64,000 nt of DNA from Ginglymostoma cirratum (lineage: Eukaryota): the NCBI GenBank assembly GCA_024137785.1, contig JAHRHZ010000031.1, positions 13,343,992 to 13,407,991 on the forward strand. The letters run 5' to 3'. The notes below the pieces were generated by a model. The model did not search any database. It worked only from the letters and a program-made list of their open reading frames with translations, and was not told the origin of the DNA. This document shows positions 12,283-25,800 of the stretch, in pieces. The position numbers and the translations under genes are program-made. How positions within the stretch are numbered: the first letter of the stretch is position 1; each line of letters opens with the position of its first letter.

Positions 12283-13485
12283 GGCAATGGCCTAGTGGTA
12301 TTATCACTAGACTATTAATACAGAAACCCAACAAACGTTCTTGGGACCTGGGTTCAAATGCCGTCATGGCAAATATTGGAACTTGAATTCAGTAAACAGT
12401 CTGGAAATAAGGGTGTCTTGACGGACAGGTTGGGTGAGTGGGGAAAATCGATGGCAGTTGCAGTATAATTTGGATAAATGTGAAGTTATTCACTTTGGAA
12501 GCAAAAACAAGAAGGCAGATTACTACCTGAATGTCTATAAACCGGGAGAGGGGAATATACAGTGGAACCTGGGCATCCTTGTGCACCAGTTGCTGAAGGT
12601 AAGTATGCTGGTGCAGCAGGCAGTAAAGAAGGCAAATGGTTTGTTGGCCTTCATTGTGAGGGGTTTCGAGTACAGGAGCAGGGATGTGTTTTTGCAGTTT
12701 TACAGGGGCTTGGTGAGGCCACGCCTAGAATATTATGTGCAGTTTTGGTCTCCTTTTCTGAGGAAGGATGCTCTTGCTCTTGAGGGAGTGCAGCGAAGGT
12801 TCACCAGGCTGATTCCAAGGATTGCAGGACTGACATATGAGGATAGATTAATTAGGTTAGGATTGTTTTCGTTGGAGTTCACATGAATGAGGGGGGATCT
12901 CATAGATACTTATAAAATTCTATAAGGACTGGACAGGGTAGATGCAGGGAGGATGTTCCCGATGGTGGGTGTGTCTAGAACCAGGGGTCACAGTATGAGG
13001 ATTCAGGGTAGACGATTTAGGATGGAGATGAGGAGATAATTCTTCACCCAAAGAGTGACGAGCCTGTGGAATTCATTACCAGAGGAAGTAGTTGATGCCA
13101 AAACATTGAATGTACTCAAGAGGAGACTAGATATAGCACTTGGGGGCAAATGGGATCAAACGTTATGGACAGAAAGCATGAACAGGCTATTGAGTTGGAC
13201 GATCGGCCATGATCATGATGAATAGCAGAGCAGGCTCGAAGGGACGAATGGCCTCCCCCTGCTTCTATATTCTATTTTTATATGTTTCTATGACCATGAA
13301 ATGATTCTCAGAAAAACCATCTGGTTCATTCATGTCGTTAGGAAAGGAAATTTGTTATCCTTACTCGATCTGGCCTATATGTGACACCAGACCCAAGCAA
13401 TGTGATTGACTCTTAAGCCCTCTGGCCAATTAGGCAATAGATGATGGTCTAGCGAGAGAAGCCCACATTCCATGAGCGAATAAAA
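12283..13485 (+). mobile_element. tRNA-derived SINE split by a nested CR1
   Basis: Head ggcctagtggtattatcactagacta...gggttcaaat at 12283-12410; body resumes ~13291 and ends gcccacattccatgagcgaataaaa. Confidence 0.75.
12415..13290 (+). mobile_element. CR1 LINE, 5'-truncated
   Basis: ORF 12434-12886 with WQLQYNLDKCEVIHFG, LVRPRLEYYVQFWSP, LEGVQRRFTRLIP; ttcta tail. Confidence 0.92.
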
Positions 13486-13504
13486 CAAGACTCTAAAGAA
13501 GGAT

Positions 13505-13715
13505 GAAAGAGTTCATGGTTTTGAAAGGATAGTGGGATTCCTGAAGTTGCAGGGCATCACTTACCGCACCCATGTGGATCTATGGGCTTCCCTATATCAA
13601 CACGGCTACCACTTCATTAATGTGTAATTGGTGCGCAATCATACCAACATGTTTATCTCAATAAATGCACAATATTCCAATAAATGGAGTTTCAGAATGC
13701 CATTCATGGTAACAG
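13505..13715 (+). pseudogene. Harbinger (HARBI1-like) transposase relic, catalytic region
   Basis: ERVHGFERIVGFLKLQGITYRTHVDL...GYHFINV*LVRNH...INAQY resembles GF..IAGFP.VQGAIDCTHV...GFHSINVQLVCD..NARYP; catalytic Asp lost. Confidence 0.7.
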
Positions 13716-15559
13716 ATGTTAATCAGGCTCAGTGCTCACTCCCAACAAGACCTAGGACCAGATGGAAAAGATGACATGTCATCAACTAACCCTTACCACC
13801 ACCAACTCTGCAACTCTAATCCATGCAATAATGGGACTTAACTCATGAAACACCAGAAAACTGTCGTGCCTGACCAGCAACGTTTAAATCTTGGCGCATG
13901 TGCAGGAATCAAATCCGAATTTTCTGCTACTCTGATGCTACATTTACATTTCTGCACCCCAACACGTTGGGCACAATTCCAAGATGAAAGTGATTATTTT
14001 AGAGTAGTGCCATTGCAGCCCCACAAGCAAATATTGCTCACGCTGTTTCGAGTAAGAGTTGCTAGGTTACAGAGAGCAGCTGTAAGCTGTGGGTCAAAAT
14101 AAAATGATACAGTTCTATGATTTTGCCTTCAGCTAAATAAACCCAGCACTGAATATTACTCTTAGCTGGAGATTTGAATTCCATCATCAAATGCTCCTTT
14201 CTTATTCATATTTAATTAAGCACCCAAGAAGTTTTTCCTCTAAACATTTGTAAAAGTGTCTTGGTCTGTATATTCTGATAGGTGTGATAATAGGAGTTAA
14301 TCTCAATGAAGCACCTGGGTCTCCAGGAATGCTAGCCATTCACACCCATTTGTGAAGGGCATTAGGCTGTTTGTATTAAGCACCAGTTTTGCTTTTGTTA
14401 TGCTGAATAAAGAAGCTCACATTCCCAGTCCCGTAGAATGTGTTGTGATGGGATAATCAATAAATTACTCAGTGTGGTATCTGGGGGTCCAGAAGTGCTC
14501 AAACCTATCGATTTACTTTGAGACAGGAGCAATGCCACGGAGGTCTGGTGAAGGCACAATGTTTGTTCCACCTCAGCAGCCTGAAATAAAAGATCAAAAG
14601 TGTGTGAGAATTGCTATTTGGAGAAGGGTAAAGGAGGAACAGGAGCAACCGTGTATAACAAATGCAGCTTGCAAATCAGTAGTCAACAGCAAAAGAAAAA
14701 CAGTTCAGTATTGGGAAATGAAAATTGCAACTCATTTGCATACTCAGAATTGGGTCAAAGGAATTTTGGTGAGAACTTTTCTCCATGCTTTGAAACTCTG
14801 CTTCCCCTTCACCATCCCCAGAATGAACACAAAGTTGGCGAGATGACAGTCTCTTGTAGAAATCTCATCAGTTGCACTTAGCATACAGTTAGAATAATTC
14901 AGATACATTCGCAAGATTAAGGTTACATTAAAGTTATTGGTCTAATTGATGAAAATTACTTCCATGATGGTATAACATATGGTACTAGACTTACCGGAAA
15001 CTAAACTGGATGTAAGTATTTAGACTTTCTATTGCATATGAATACAGAAAATCGATGTGTAAGTATTCAGGGTAAGTTAGATTAATTTAATATTTATTCA
15101 GTATTACAATCTGCACAATTTAATTGTAAGGTACCAGCTGCTAATAAATCTTGTTGACCATGAAATGTAGTTTTTAATATATACACAATATTACCTGATA
15201 ACATGAAGAAACTAAATTGTTATATCATCATTCAACCAATTTGGGAAATTGCCTTGTAATTTAACCACGAACCCAATCATATTCCTGTCAGAAACAGGCC
15301 AAACCACAAGAAGTAAGCGATGTGAATTTGTACATTTTATACCATCTTCAGAATGTTGCAGGGGGGTAACATATTGGGATTGAAATTACTTATTTTCATG
15401 ATCCCAAAATTAATTCTGGAGAATTTTTAGTTTAGCCTTCTATCTAACTTGTGGTCCTTGACAGAAATTTTTAAAAAAATTTCGTCATGGATTGCCATCC
15501 CCACAGCTCATCAGCTCAATGGTGTACTTGAAACTAAAAATCAGAAGTAAGTGATTGAA

Positions 15560-16560
15560 ATACATTGAAGTTGCTTTTCACTCCCTTTTTCTGATGTTAA
15601 CAGTCACAAAAGAAGATGGTAGACCAAATACAGCAGGGGACAAGGATGCTGGCATCTCCTCTGTTCTATAGAGAAGATGGTTCTGTGCATCATGGCACTG
15701 GCTGTATAATGGACAATAAAGCAACACATATCACTAAGGATATTGAGGATAGTGATACCTTCCGGTCTTAATTAGCTTCTCAGCTCCCAGTTCAGCTTTC
15801 TAGCACGGTGAGTAAACTGCTAATAATGCATCCTGCTTCCCAAATCTAAACCTCTTTTCTCCCACTCCAACCGTTACCTTTCTATTTTTAGATTTCAAAC
15901 ACTCAAGAACTGCCATTTCCCCAGCTGCAGACAGCAGCCTCATGTGGAACAGAAAGATCAAGAGACACCAGAGATGAAGAGGTCCTACCAGTTGATCTGA
16001 TACTTGACTAACACAAATACCAGTAATGCTCGTATCCTGGATGCTACTTTAGGCTGGAAATCAACACAATCAGTATATGGTGAGGAACCGCTTTTATTCA
16101 GTTTACCTGAGAGTAAGGTGGGCGACAGATTCCACTACCAAGGCTCAGGTGATTACTTCAAGTCGGCCATACAGAGGATCTCGCTGAATGGGTATGCACA
16201 CTATTGGGTGCATGGGCTAACCTGTCAGACAGCTTTCTGCCATTGTCAAGGATCAAGGAGGATTTTATGGCTCTACGTCGTCAAAGGGCACTCTACGGAG
16301 CTGCATCATCTGCTCTATTTCCCTGCCATCCTCAGAGTCCAAGCGGCATTGTCACTGCATTCACCTTACCTGTTGTAGCCTTTGTGTGTATAGCTCATCT
16401 ATTCCTCCGGCAAACTTATGCACAAGTGGTACTCCTTAGTTAACGCAGCAACTTATCCAATGTATTCAAAAGCACACACAAGTACTTTCAGGCACTTCCT
16501 AGAAGTTCCATAAAGTTTATTTACCTGCAATCACGATACCTTGCCTTTTAGCTGATGACA
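15560..16560 (+). mobile_element. Probable Harbinger ORF2-like relic
   Basis: Decayed coding-like segments with a gtgagt donor near 15808; resemblance to shark Myb/SANT transposon repeats is from memory only. Confidence 0.35.
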
Positions 16561-19500
16561 CCCCGTGCTAATTTAACAAAGTTCTCTATTTCCCAATAAT
16601 GAAGGCGCTACCCAATTTTTGTATCCTGGCTGTCATTACTATGGATCATACCCCTGCATTATCCATGGATCTTCAACAACAGTTACCAAGGCAACAGCAC
16701 CCCAGAAATGAACATTATAGCAAAGCAACAGCGGACAACAACACATATACATACTATTAGGAAATCTACACAACTTAAAGATTGTGTGTGCAATGCACGT
16801 CCAGATACAGATAAAAAGGGTCTGCCTTCCCTGTTAATCACTACGCTCTGTTAATGAATGAAAATTTTCTTTGTGGCAGTGTATATTGTATAAAAGTTCC
16901 GCGACTTGTGTTTGTAACTCTTAGTGAAGTTGGCTAGCCTGCCATTGTCATGTGACTTCTCTTTCTGTTGTACAGTGCAGTCTGCAGAAGCCTGGAGATT
17001 GCTGGGTTTGGGAGGGGCTCAATCAACATTGCACGTTTGCAGTGCCAACAAATTTAGGTGAGACTGATTTCTGTCAGAGAAGCACTGAAGTTTAAATTCC
17101 ATTCAGTTTCAAAATTCTTGGAATGGACAATGCAAATGACAGGTATAGAGGGTATAAAGACCAGGATGTGAGACTTTAGTTTGTGGAACAAGGTGTAAGA
17201 AACCAAGCAAGAGTGCTGCCAGTAAACCTTGTGTCTGGGACAAAGAACATGGCATGATGGCCTTGAGTTAATGCTTAACTATTGTTCCGAGTATATTGTG
17301 TGCTTCTCCGGTTATCAGTTATCTACCCTGTTATTTCATTTGAAAACACTATCCTTGCTGCCCAAGTACAATCAGAAGAATAAACCTCTTCAAATGCTCT
17401 AAGCAGCTCTGCTGATTATGCAGATCCCATTCTAGCCACAGCCATCACTCTTTCAATGTGGCCTATGTGACTTTATATGATGGCTACTTCCTCGGCAGTC
17501 CAACAATAGCTTCCCTCTCTGCTGCAATTCCATATCAGCGTTTGAGAGGTTTGAAAGGTCACATCGACAATTTTTAATAGAAGTTCCAACCAGCTCAATG
17601 CAGGGTATGCTCAGTCCATTAGCTGTAGGCATTGTCCCTTAAATATAAACGGTATATTTTGCTCTGCCTCTTTCCTGAAATCTTTGGGCTCTTCTGGTGT
17701 ATGATTGCTGGTTGCTGCTGCTTCAACCATATTATTTTAGTTAGCTGACCCCAGAGCCTTCAACAAGATCACCTATATGCTCTGATCGTCACAGATATAA
17801 GACTGGCTTGATTGTGCCTCCTGCAATCTAGTGGGCAAGCCAAAATATGTCAAAATCGATAGCTTGAAATTTAAGTAAGAAAGTTAATCATAGTTTGTAT
17901 GTAGTTTCTCCTTTGATACATGGTGTGGAATGTATTCTATTGTGGAAGAAAATCACATTGGACTATTAATTGTACATTGGTTTCATATTTATATTGAAAC
18001 TGGTTACAATTCAAAATGACAACTGTGGAGTAGATTTTAGGAGTGTACAGGCTGTTCCGTCAGCAGCAGAGAATCATTTTGAAGCCCAGGCTTCATTTAA
18101 ATAGAAACAGAAGGTTGCAGGCACCTCGTCAATTTTCTGATGCAGCAAGCTGGATTCAGACCAGTATGACAGAAGGCACCCAGCAAGCTCTGTGCACGGG
18201 GGAGGCTTACACAATTACTGTGAATGCTGCACAAATGCAAGGAGTTGGCAGTGGGAAGCAAGGGTTAGAGAGGCACTCGTTACTTTTCTGGATTTTGGAG
18301 GCGCATTTGTACATCTCCTCAACCTGAGGTATTTTCAACCATATCTTTTTAGGGACCTCCTTAGCTATTTTGCCAAGAAATTGGCAATCGGGGTCCCAAG
18401 CACACTATAGGATGCTGACTTGCATTTTGAGAGAGATATACCATCTATTCAGATGCCTTTTGACAAGCCCTGTAAAAATGTTGGGAGCTGGAGTGCCGTC
18501 ATTAACAGGATGTGCCATGTTGAGGCCATTAGCACTCCTTTAACGGTGATTTAGCAATCAACCTCATTTTGGAAGGCAGACAGATTGTCCCACAGGATTC
18601 AGCAACTATGTCTTGAAGCCCGTATTACTTATAAGTAGTGGATTACTTTGTTTTGGTTTTTGCAAACAGGTATAATCAATAGGTGGCTACATTTATATAA
18701 TGGAGAGGATAGGCAAAACATCCACCTTGTAGAAACATCCACTGGGGGTTGAATTACTGGTGACGTTCTCTTGCCCAGTTACCACAACTTCATTTGGGAA
18801 GCATCGAAACTACCAGAAAAACATGAAATACACCGTGCACTGCACCTTTCTGAAGTATTTGTGATACTTCCCATGAAATTGGGATCAGAGCAAATTAAAC
18901 TCTTAAATATGTATTTAAGACTAGCGTGCATGGTGAAGTCTAATTTAACAGTGGGAATGCATATCCATATATTCTTGTACAGTATTCACTTGTAACTTAC
19001 TGGAGTAAATATCTTCTTCTGACAGTCCTTCAAAGTGAGGACGGTGCTGTGGCAGAATGCAGTCCATAGCAAGATCCTGAATGTTGGGTCTTTTAAAGAG
19101 TGGAGGTAGTTACACTACAGCTATCATGCAGTTCTAACTGACCAAAAAACTGTTCAATCACCTGTCAGGCATATTGGAAGGATTTACAGGATGATAATCA
19201 ACCAGTCTGGCCACATAATGTACGCATCTTCTGCAGCCATCAAGACTTGTATGATACTTAAACACAAAGGTTCTGATTGATAGACAGGGACATTACCCAC
19301 TGCCTTAAGACGTCATGCATCAAACACCTATACAGTTTTCGAATCCTCCTGCATGGTGATGTTCACCCATACATCCTTACAATGCGACATTTCAGTTGCC
19401 ATAACTGTTCTCAAGGAATGTAACCAGTCAAGGTACAGGTTGGATAACTACAGTATGCGTGGTTTTGAACAAAATAGGCCTGACTCCCATTGAAATTCTC

Positions 19501-19599
19501 ACATTAAAATCAAGCTGCCATCCCATGATGTATTCTGTAAACAAACTACGGTTGGAAATATAATGATGTTGCTTGGCTGCAAGTGGACCTTTTTCTTTA

Positions 19600-19730
19600 A
19601 TAAAGAACTGTGATGCTGGAGATCCGAAACAAACAAAAACAAATTGCTGGAGAAACTCAGCAGGTCTGGCAGCATCTGTGAAGAAAAAAATGTGTCAAAT
19701 CCAGTGACCCATCTCCAGTTCTGAAGAAAC
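19600..19730 (-). mobile_element. Penelope-derived end module (degenerate)
   Basis: ttgctggagaaactcagcaggtctggcagcatctgtg, shared with the 8842-9432 and 3041 copies. Confidence 0.75.
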
Positions 19731-20955
19731 AATTTGTCCTTATTCTGGACAGTAAATTTGGATTTGTCCATGTGTTCTGCTCTGCCATTACCCTGCATCT
19801 CTAGAAGACAATATGCCAGAAAGCTATGGGTGCTGCCCTCTTTATAGCCTAATTCACCTTTCTCCTGACACTTTCTAGCATGCTCACCTTGTCATCTAAT
19901 GTACTAACAATACTAAAATGATGTTTCAATAAACTGACCTAATTGTGCTACACCATATGGACAATGTCAATCCCAGTAATATGCGCATTACAAACAGCCC
20001 TGCCCCATTATTTTATCTGAGCCATTGAATGACTATCATCCATGTAACACATTACTGAGTCATTCTTTACAGGTTTTACTGAGATCCCAAAAGAAGATAA
20101 CGCAACAACATGCATTTGAACAGCACCTTTAACCTAGTAAATTTTCACAAGGTGCTTCACTGGAACAGATTGTAAAGAATAGTGACCACTGAGCCACATA
20201 GAGATATGGGGATAGCTTTCAAGTCCTATGCAGCAGAGCTTGTGATCATGCATTCAGTTGAGCTGGCCTTTGTGGAATACTATCTGACTACACAACCTCT
20301 TACACATTTGATTTACTAAATGAGAATGCCCCTTTAGTCTACACCCTAAAGCGTGCACAGTAGCTGGTTCTATGCTAGTGCTTGCTATGGTCAGTTGAGT
20401 GACAATGCATCTTTAGAAAAGCCGTTGTCTTCTTCCTGCACTGGCATAGGGCCCTCAACTTTTCAACACCTGAACTGAAAAAAAGGAAGAGAGTACGGTT
20501 CTGTGTGTGAAAGGAGAATAGAGAGAGCTGAGGAACTGTTGAAATGTCAAGTGTGAAGGGTACAATAGAAGTGAGACAGGAGAAAGTGGGGGAGGGTAAC
20601 AGAATCTCTACCTTCTTGTCCTTTGGCCAAAATAGGACTTCTGAAGAGAATAGGAAAACCTGAGATGTCAAGTCTAGAGATCTCGTAGGCATGTATAACT
20701 TCACCAGTGTTCCCTCTTGTTTCCCACCACACTATATCTTCCGTTTAAAAGGTGCTGACTATCTTTAAGTGGCATAAGAGATAACTAATGTCCTTCCCCT
20801 CTTCCAAACAGGGCTACAATCAAAAAGAAGTGTGAACAACACTAGTGCATGCCTGACTCATTGTAAAGAGCTACTGGCACCAAATTCAGGCAGTCCTTGT
20901 ACCCACGTGTACAAGCACATTGTAGGATGCAGGCCAAATGTCTAGGTCAAAATGA

Positions 20956-21059
20956 GATAGTAGGAACTAAAGAAGGGTCTAGACCCGAAACATCAGCTTT
21001 CCTGCTCCTCTGATGCTGCTTGGCCTGCTGCGTTCATCCAGCTCTACACCTTGTTATCT
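20956..21059 (+). mobile_element. 104-bp Penelope-derived insertion with a short inverted 5' tag
   Basis: 13-bp TSD TAGGTCAAAATGA (20943-20955, 21060-21072); core ctaaagaagggtctagacccgaaacatc. Confidence 0.85.
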
Positions 21060-21449
21060 TAGGTCAAAATGAACCTGCTTAGACAAGTTTGTTTTAGGTC
21101 ATCTGTGGTTTCCAAGATGATGCACAGAGTTCAGTCATGTGTTCACAATTCCTTCTTTAATTTCTGCACAAATATATATTTTTTCAACATGATAAGACAT
21201 TTTTGAACTCTTGTTTTGCTCCTAAAATCTCAGCTTCAATCTGTTCACATTGACAGAAATATTACTTTGGTTAGTTACGTCTGACATGCCCTCACATATT
21301 TAGTGCTAAGCCCAGGTCTTTGTCAATTTTGCAAAATCATAGTAACAACAATTCGACATCCATTTTTCATCACTAATTACAAGGGACTGATGGAGGCAGC
21401 AATGATGTGAGAAATGGAAATTTTGCAGTAGAATAATAAAAAGAAAGTA

Positions 21450-22830
21450 AAGACTTGCACTAATCTAATACCCTTCATGGCCCCATAACATCCCAAAGTA
21501 CTATACAGCCAATGAAGTACTTTGAAGTGTAATCATAGTTGTACTGTAGGAAATTGTCATGAACAAAGGAGTTACAAGATTGTAGATGTCTTTTAAAAAG
21601 AAGGAATTAACCAAACTCTAACAGATCACAATGCTCAACAAACATTTCTGCTACAGGTCACCTGATTATACAGGTCCAGGTTCTAAGTGGATTGCAGAGT
21701 CACATACTTGAAAATATCTGGAGTTTGCGTACTGACAACAAAGGTGTAATAATTTTAGCTTTCGACAGACAGCAGATGGAGGAAAACTTCAAAAGGGACT
21801 CAGCACAATTGATTTCTTTCTTCAAGGGCTCCACAGCTGAAAAACACATATACAAAAAAAAACAAACCTGGTTAAGAACAGCCAATGTGCAGAATTACAA
21901 GAAGAAGGCTTTCAGAACTACCCTCAAAGGAGAGTTTTGACAATGAGATAAGGAGAGATGTCTTCTTGAATATCTCAAAAGAAGATATCTCTCCAGTCAG
22001 AGAGAGAGGTGAGAAAGACAGAGAAAGGGAGAGACATTTCAAAACCAGTTAATGGGGTGTTGTAAAGTAACTGGGCCATTAAAAACAAAATGCCTACAAA
22101 CCAGAAGCCAAGAATCTTCTCTCCTAAAACCTGATGTTCTGAGGTACTTTCTGTAAAGGAAAACATCACCTACTTAACTATAGAAACCATGACAGAGATA
22201 AAGAACTCAAGTCTTGGGCTCTACTCAGATAACACAACGATTTATGAAGATTATTTTTTGTAAATGCACTTTTATTTTATCAGTACTTTTTAAATTTTAA
22301 TATCTCGAATTTCTCGTCAATAATTTTATCCCCTATCCCTAAGGAAGCTTCACTTAAAAATATTTAATAAACTATATATTAACTTGTTTAAACCAAAAGC
22401 TTGACTATTGGTCTGTTTTAACTTCAATCTTTACAAAATAAAAGAGAGTTAGACGTGCTTTATCAATGTACTAGTCATTGATCACATGGTGGGCATTTCT
22501 GATAACCATGACAGAAATGCAGCAGCTATTTTGCAGACAAGGTCCTTAAATAGTCATGTGGTAAAAACCAAACAATCTTCTTTAGTGATGTTGGTGGATG
22601 TATTAACATAGGTCATGCTGCTGGGGAGTTCTCATGTTTTCATGTGAAATAGTGTCACAGGACTGACAGGACTGTACAGTCTCAGTTTCGCCCATTTCCA
22701 AAAGAAGGCATTTTTACCTTCCATTATGCAGTACTCCTGCATTAATATGTCGGAGTGTCAGCCCAGATTATAATGCTCAGGTCAAACTTGAATTTACAGC
22801 CTTATGACTCAGACAAGAGTGCTACCATAA
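21450..22830 (-). mobile_element. DeuSINE-like tRNA-derived SINE interrupted by an LTR
   Basis: cccaaagtactatacagccaatgaagtac...gtaggaaat continues as gcagcagctattttgca after 22518; tRNA-like head near 22780-22830. Confidence 0.65.
21555..22513. mobile_element. Solo LTR (959 bp)
   Basis: TGTCATG...CATGACA 7-bp inverted termini; 5-bp TSD GAAAT (21550-21554, 22514-22518); host SINE is continuous once it is removed. Confidence 0.85.
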
Positions 22831-25800
22831 ATCACACACTGTAGTTTGCACCATTGTGAAGAACCATGCTTAAGGACTAATAGCATCTTGAAAGTGAATC
22901 ATGTACTTCCTACCAAAGATGTAAGGGCTTCTAATAAATATTATTAACAATCATTGACATTTTTTGATTTAGATACTTTCACTATCCAAGGAGGAATAGA
23001 AATGGTGAACAGCATATAATCAAATCAAAGAAAATCAAATATTATTGATTTATCAGACGAATTTTCATGGGTGTATGTACAGAATTGCAAATCTAAATTC
23101 ACTTCTTATGAATCCAAGTCAAAATTTTCTAACAGCATTGATTGAGTTCCAATTCTCTTTCTTCCAAAACCTAATCTTCTTTGCTTGTGAAAATACTTCA
23201 AGAAGATAAACAGCTGAAAGTCATTTGTTGCAAGTTGTATTTTAGCAAGTTTTTTTTAACAAAAGGACATGTTTTATTGCATTCCTTTACATTTCCTGAA
23301 TGCCTTTGAAATGCACATGAGAAATTCCGTAAGAACTATTGGGCAGATTGTTGATTCTCTCTTCAAAAGTAACAGCAATTCTGAAATAGCACAGAACAAG
23401 AAGCATCCACAGGGAGAACTATATGAGCAGTAGATCATGCAGTTGTCATGAAATCAACAAGGGCTGAAATTTTCTGTTGGTTAGTTGTATTGTTTCATTG
23501 CACTGGCAAATTAGCTGGTACCATCGTGTTGTTCATGACCTTGTTGCTTTAATATTGAGAAAAGAGTGTGTTGTTAAGATATTTCAACCAGCTATAAATA
23601 CATCGGGTGTGGTTTGCTCTCATTAAAATATCCTGAGCGCTGACCTACTACAGAGCAAATCGAGTTCTCTTCAAGATTTGAGAATGTTCAAAAGGCAGTA
23701 CTCAAGATCACTAACTCACGTCGGGAAACCAGGTTGTAGCTCCGACGTCCAATGTGCCTCCCATTCACGATTACATCGTGTATGTGTGTGCGCGCACACA
23801 GCGCATTAATAGACCAGCTGCAGATCATGGTGTTCTCACTGCTGAATACGAATGCGCCCTCACGGCTCGTCTAACCGCAGACGGCAATGACTGGAAACTA
23901 GCAGCATTCGTTAAATATTGATCAGGAGAAAAAACATTCTGATTTTTTTCAACAAAAGCAAAGTACTGTGTATGCTGGAAATTGCCGAGTACGAATGGAA
24001 AATGCTAGAAATGTACGGCAGATCAGGTAGCAACTGTGGAGGGAGAAATAGAGTTACTGGGCGGCATTTAATGCCCTGTCCAAAATGAGTTTGAGGGTGG
24101 AGTCTGCATAATTAGACGTGAGGGCTTCAGCAGCAGGTATCACGAACATTCCAATAATTGTAAAATTAAAAAAAGCACGTTAAGTTAGATTGTGGGATAT
24201 TTTCTCATGCTTTGCAGGAGTCTGGCATCGGGGAAATATTGTTGGATATATATTGATGCTTTCCATCGCTGAATCTAATGGATAATTTAAAATTGCTTCT
24301 GTGCCTGTCACAGTGATAAGGGCATCTCTTTCTCTGACCTTAGAAGCACTTTTGTTTTTCCTATCACCCACCTATTTTATTGTCGCTCCTTTCACTGCTT
24401 CTTCTCCAGATCCAAGCTGGTTCACTTCTCCATCTGCTGACTCAGCTCATGGAGAGTAATTTGGGCGTTGGTGAGACCATATCTACAGTATTGTGTACAA
24501 TTTCGCGTTTTGCATTGAAGAGATTCACACTTGTATTAGAGGCAGTTCAAAGAAGGTTCATTAAATTGATCGTTGGTTGAGATTAAGAAAGTTATTAAGA
24601 AAGTTTGAGCAGGTTTTGCATATTCACACAAAGGGACCTACTTACTTTTTTCTGTTCTCACCAGCTGCACTTATTTTTTCAACTAAGCTTTCTTTTTTGT
24701 CACAAGAAGGTTTGCTAAGTGGAATCAATTGAGGTAATGTATTTGCTGGAATCAGGGAACAGCAGCAGGTGCCAGCATGAACGGGAGGCCAGCCATATGT
24801 CCATGATGGCCTGTTGGTGTCTGTGTCTTCCCAGGGCTTGGGACACTATTGCAAGCTTTCTAAATTATCTTGATCTTCCCAGTCTTCGAAAGATATCGAA
24901 AACTCATGATAGAAGACATTAGAAATGTTATTAACAGGCATATGGGTGTAGATCAAACTAACTTTTCTTATTATCTCAGCTTCGGTTATAATGGTATTTA
25001 TTATATTCTGCCACTTTGATGTCAAGTAATAATCACATTGCTTGATGTGATAGCAATAACTGATCAATGACTCCAATCTATATAATGGAGCGGTGAGGAT
25101 GGAAGATTGAGATATAGCAACTTTTGCTGGATGCACAGAGTATTGCATGGAGAAAGGCATTTCAGGATAATTAACAGCTTGACTTATGATCATGTCTGTT
25201 TGACTACATTTGTTAAGATATCATCAACCATTTCAGTAGATTTTGGTATGTCTATTAATATTGGTAACCAGCTCTGATTTAAGGAGACTGTATCTGTAGA
25301 TAGTAAAGTGTCAAACTCAGTGGTTTGCTACAACATCACCGGCTACTAAAATGCAGCACTGAGCTTGCATGTGTGCATGGAAGCCAACAGACAGCTGTAC
25401 CTTGAAACTTTGTTGTACTTCCTTTCATTTGTACTGCAAGCACTGATCTATGGGCTGATGCTGGACGGTGATGGGGAAGAAATGAACCCTTACAAACTCC
25501 TGCAGCACTGCATCATCTCCAGGACCACACAAAAACTGTTTGTCAGCACCACTCTTTACTGACAGATCACTGTTCCTTCATCCTTGTCTGTCATTTTTAA
25601 TCCTGTATTTCTTCAGACATGCAAAAATTTGCTGATGTATTAATTATGCCAACTGTTGTTCATCAAAACAACTCTTTAGGGAGCTGAAAGTGGCGGAGTG
25701 AGGAACAAGCTTGTCACTGTATTGGAAATGCACAGTTTCAAATCCAACTCGGCCTTGTTGGTTTCAAATTAACACAAATTTGAATACAAATAACCCAGTT

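Noticed and set aside
14472-14881. Overlapping 124-aa and 93-aa ORFs
   Set aside because: No recognisable domain or convincing splice signals
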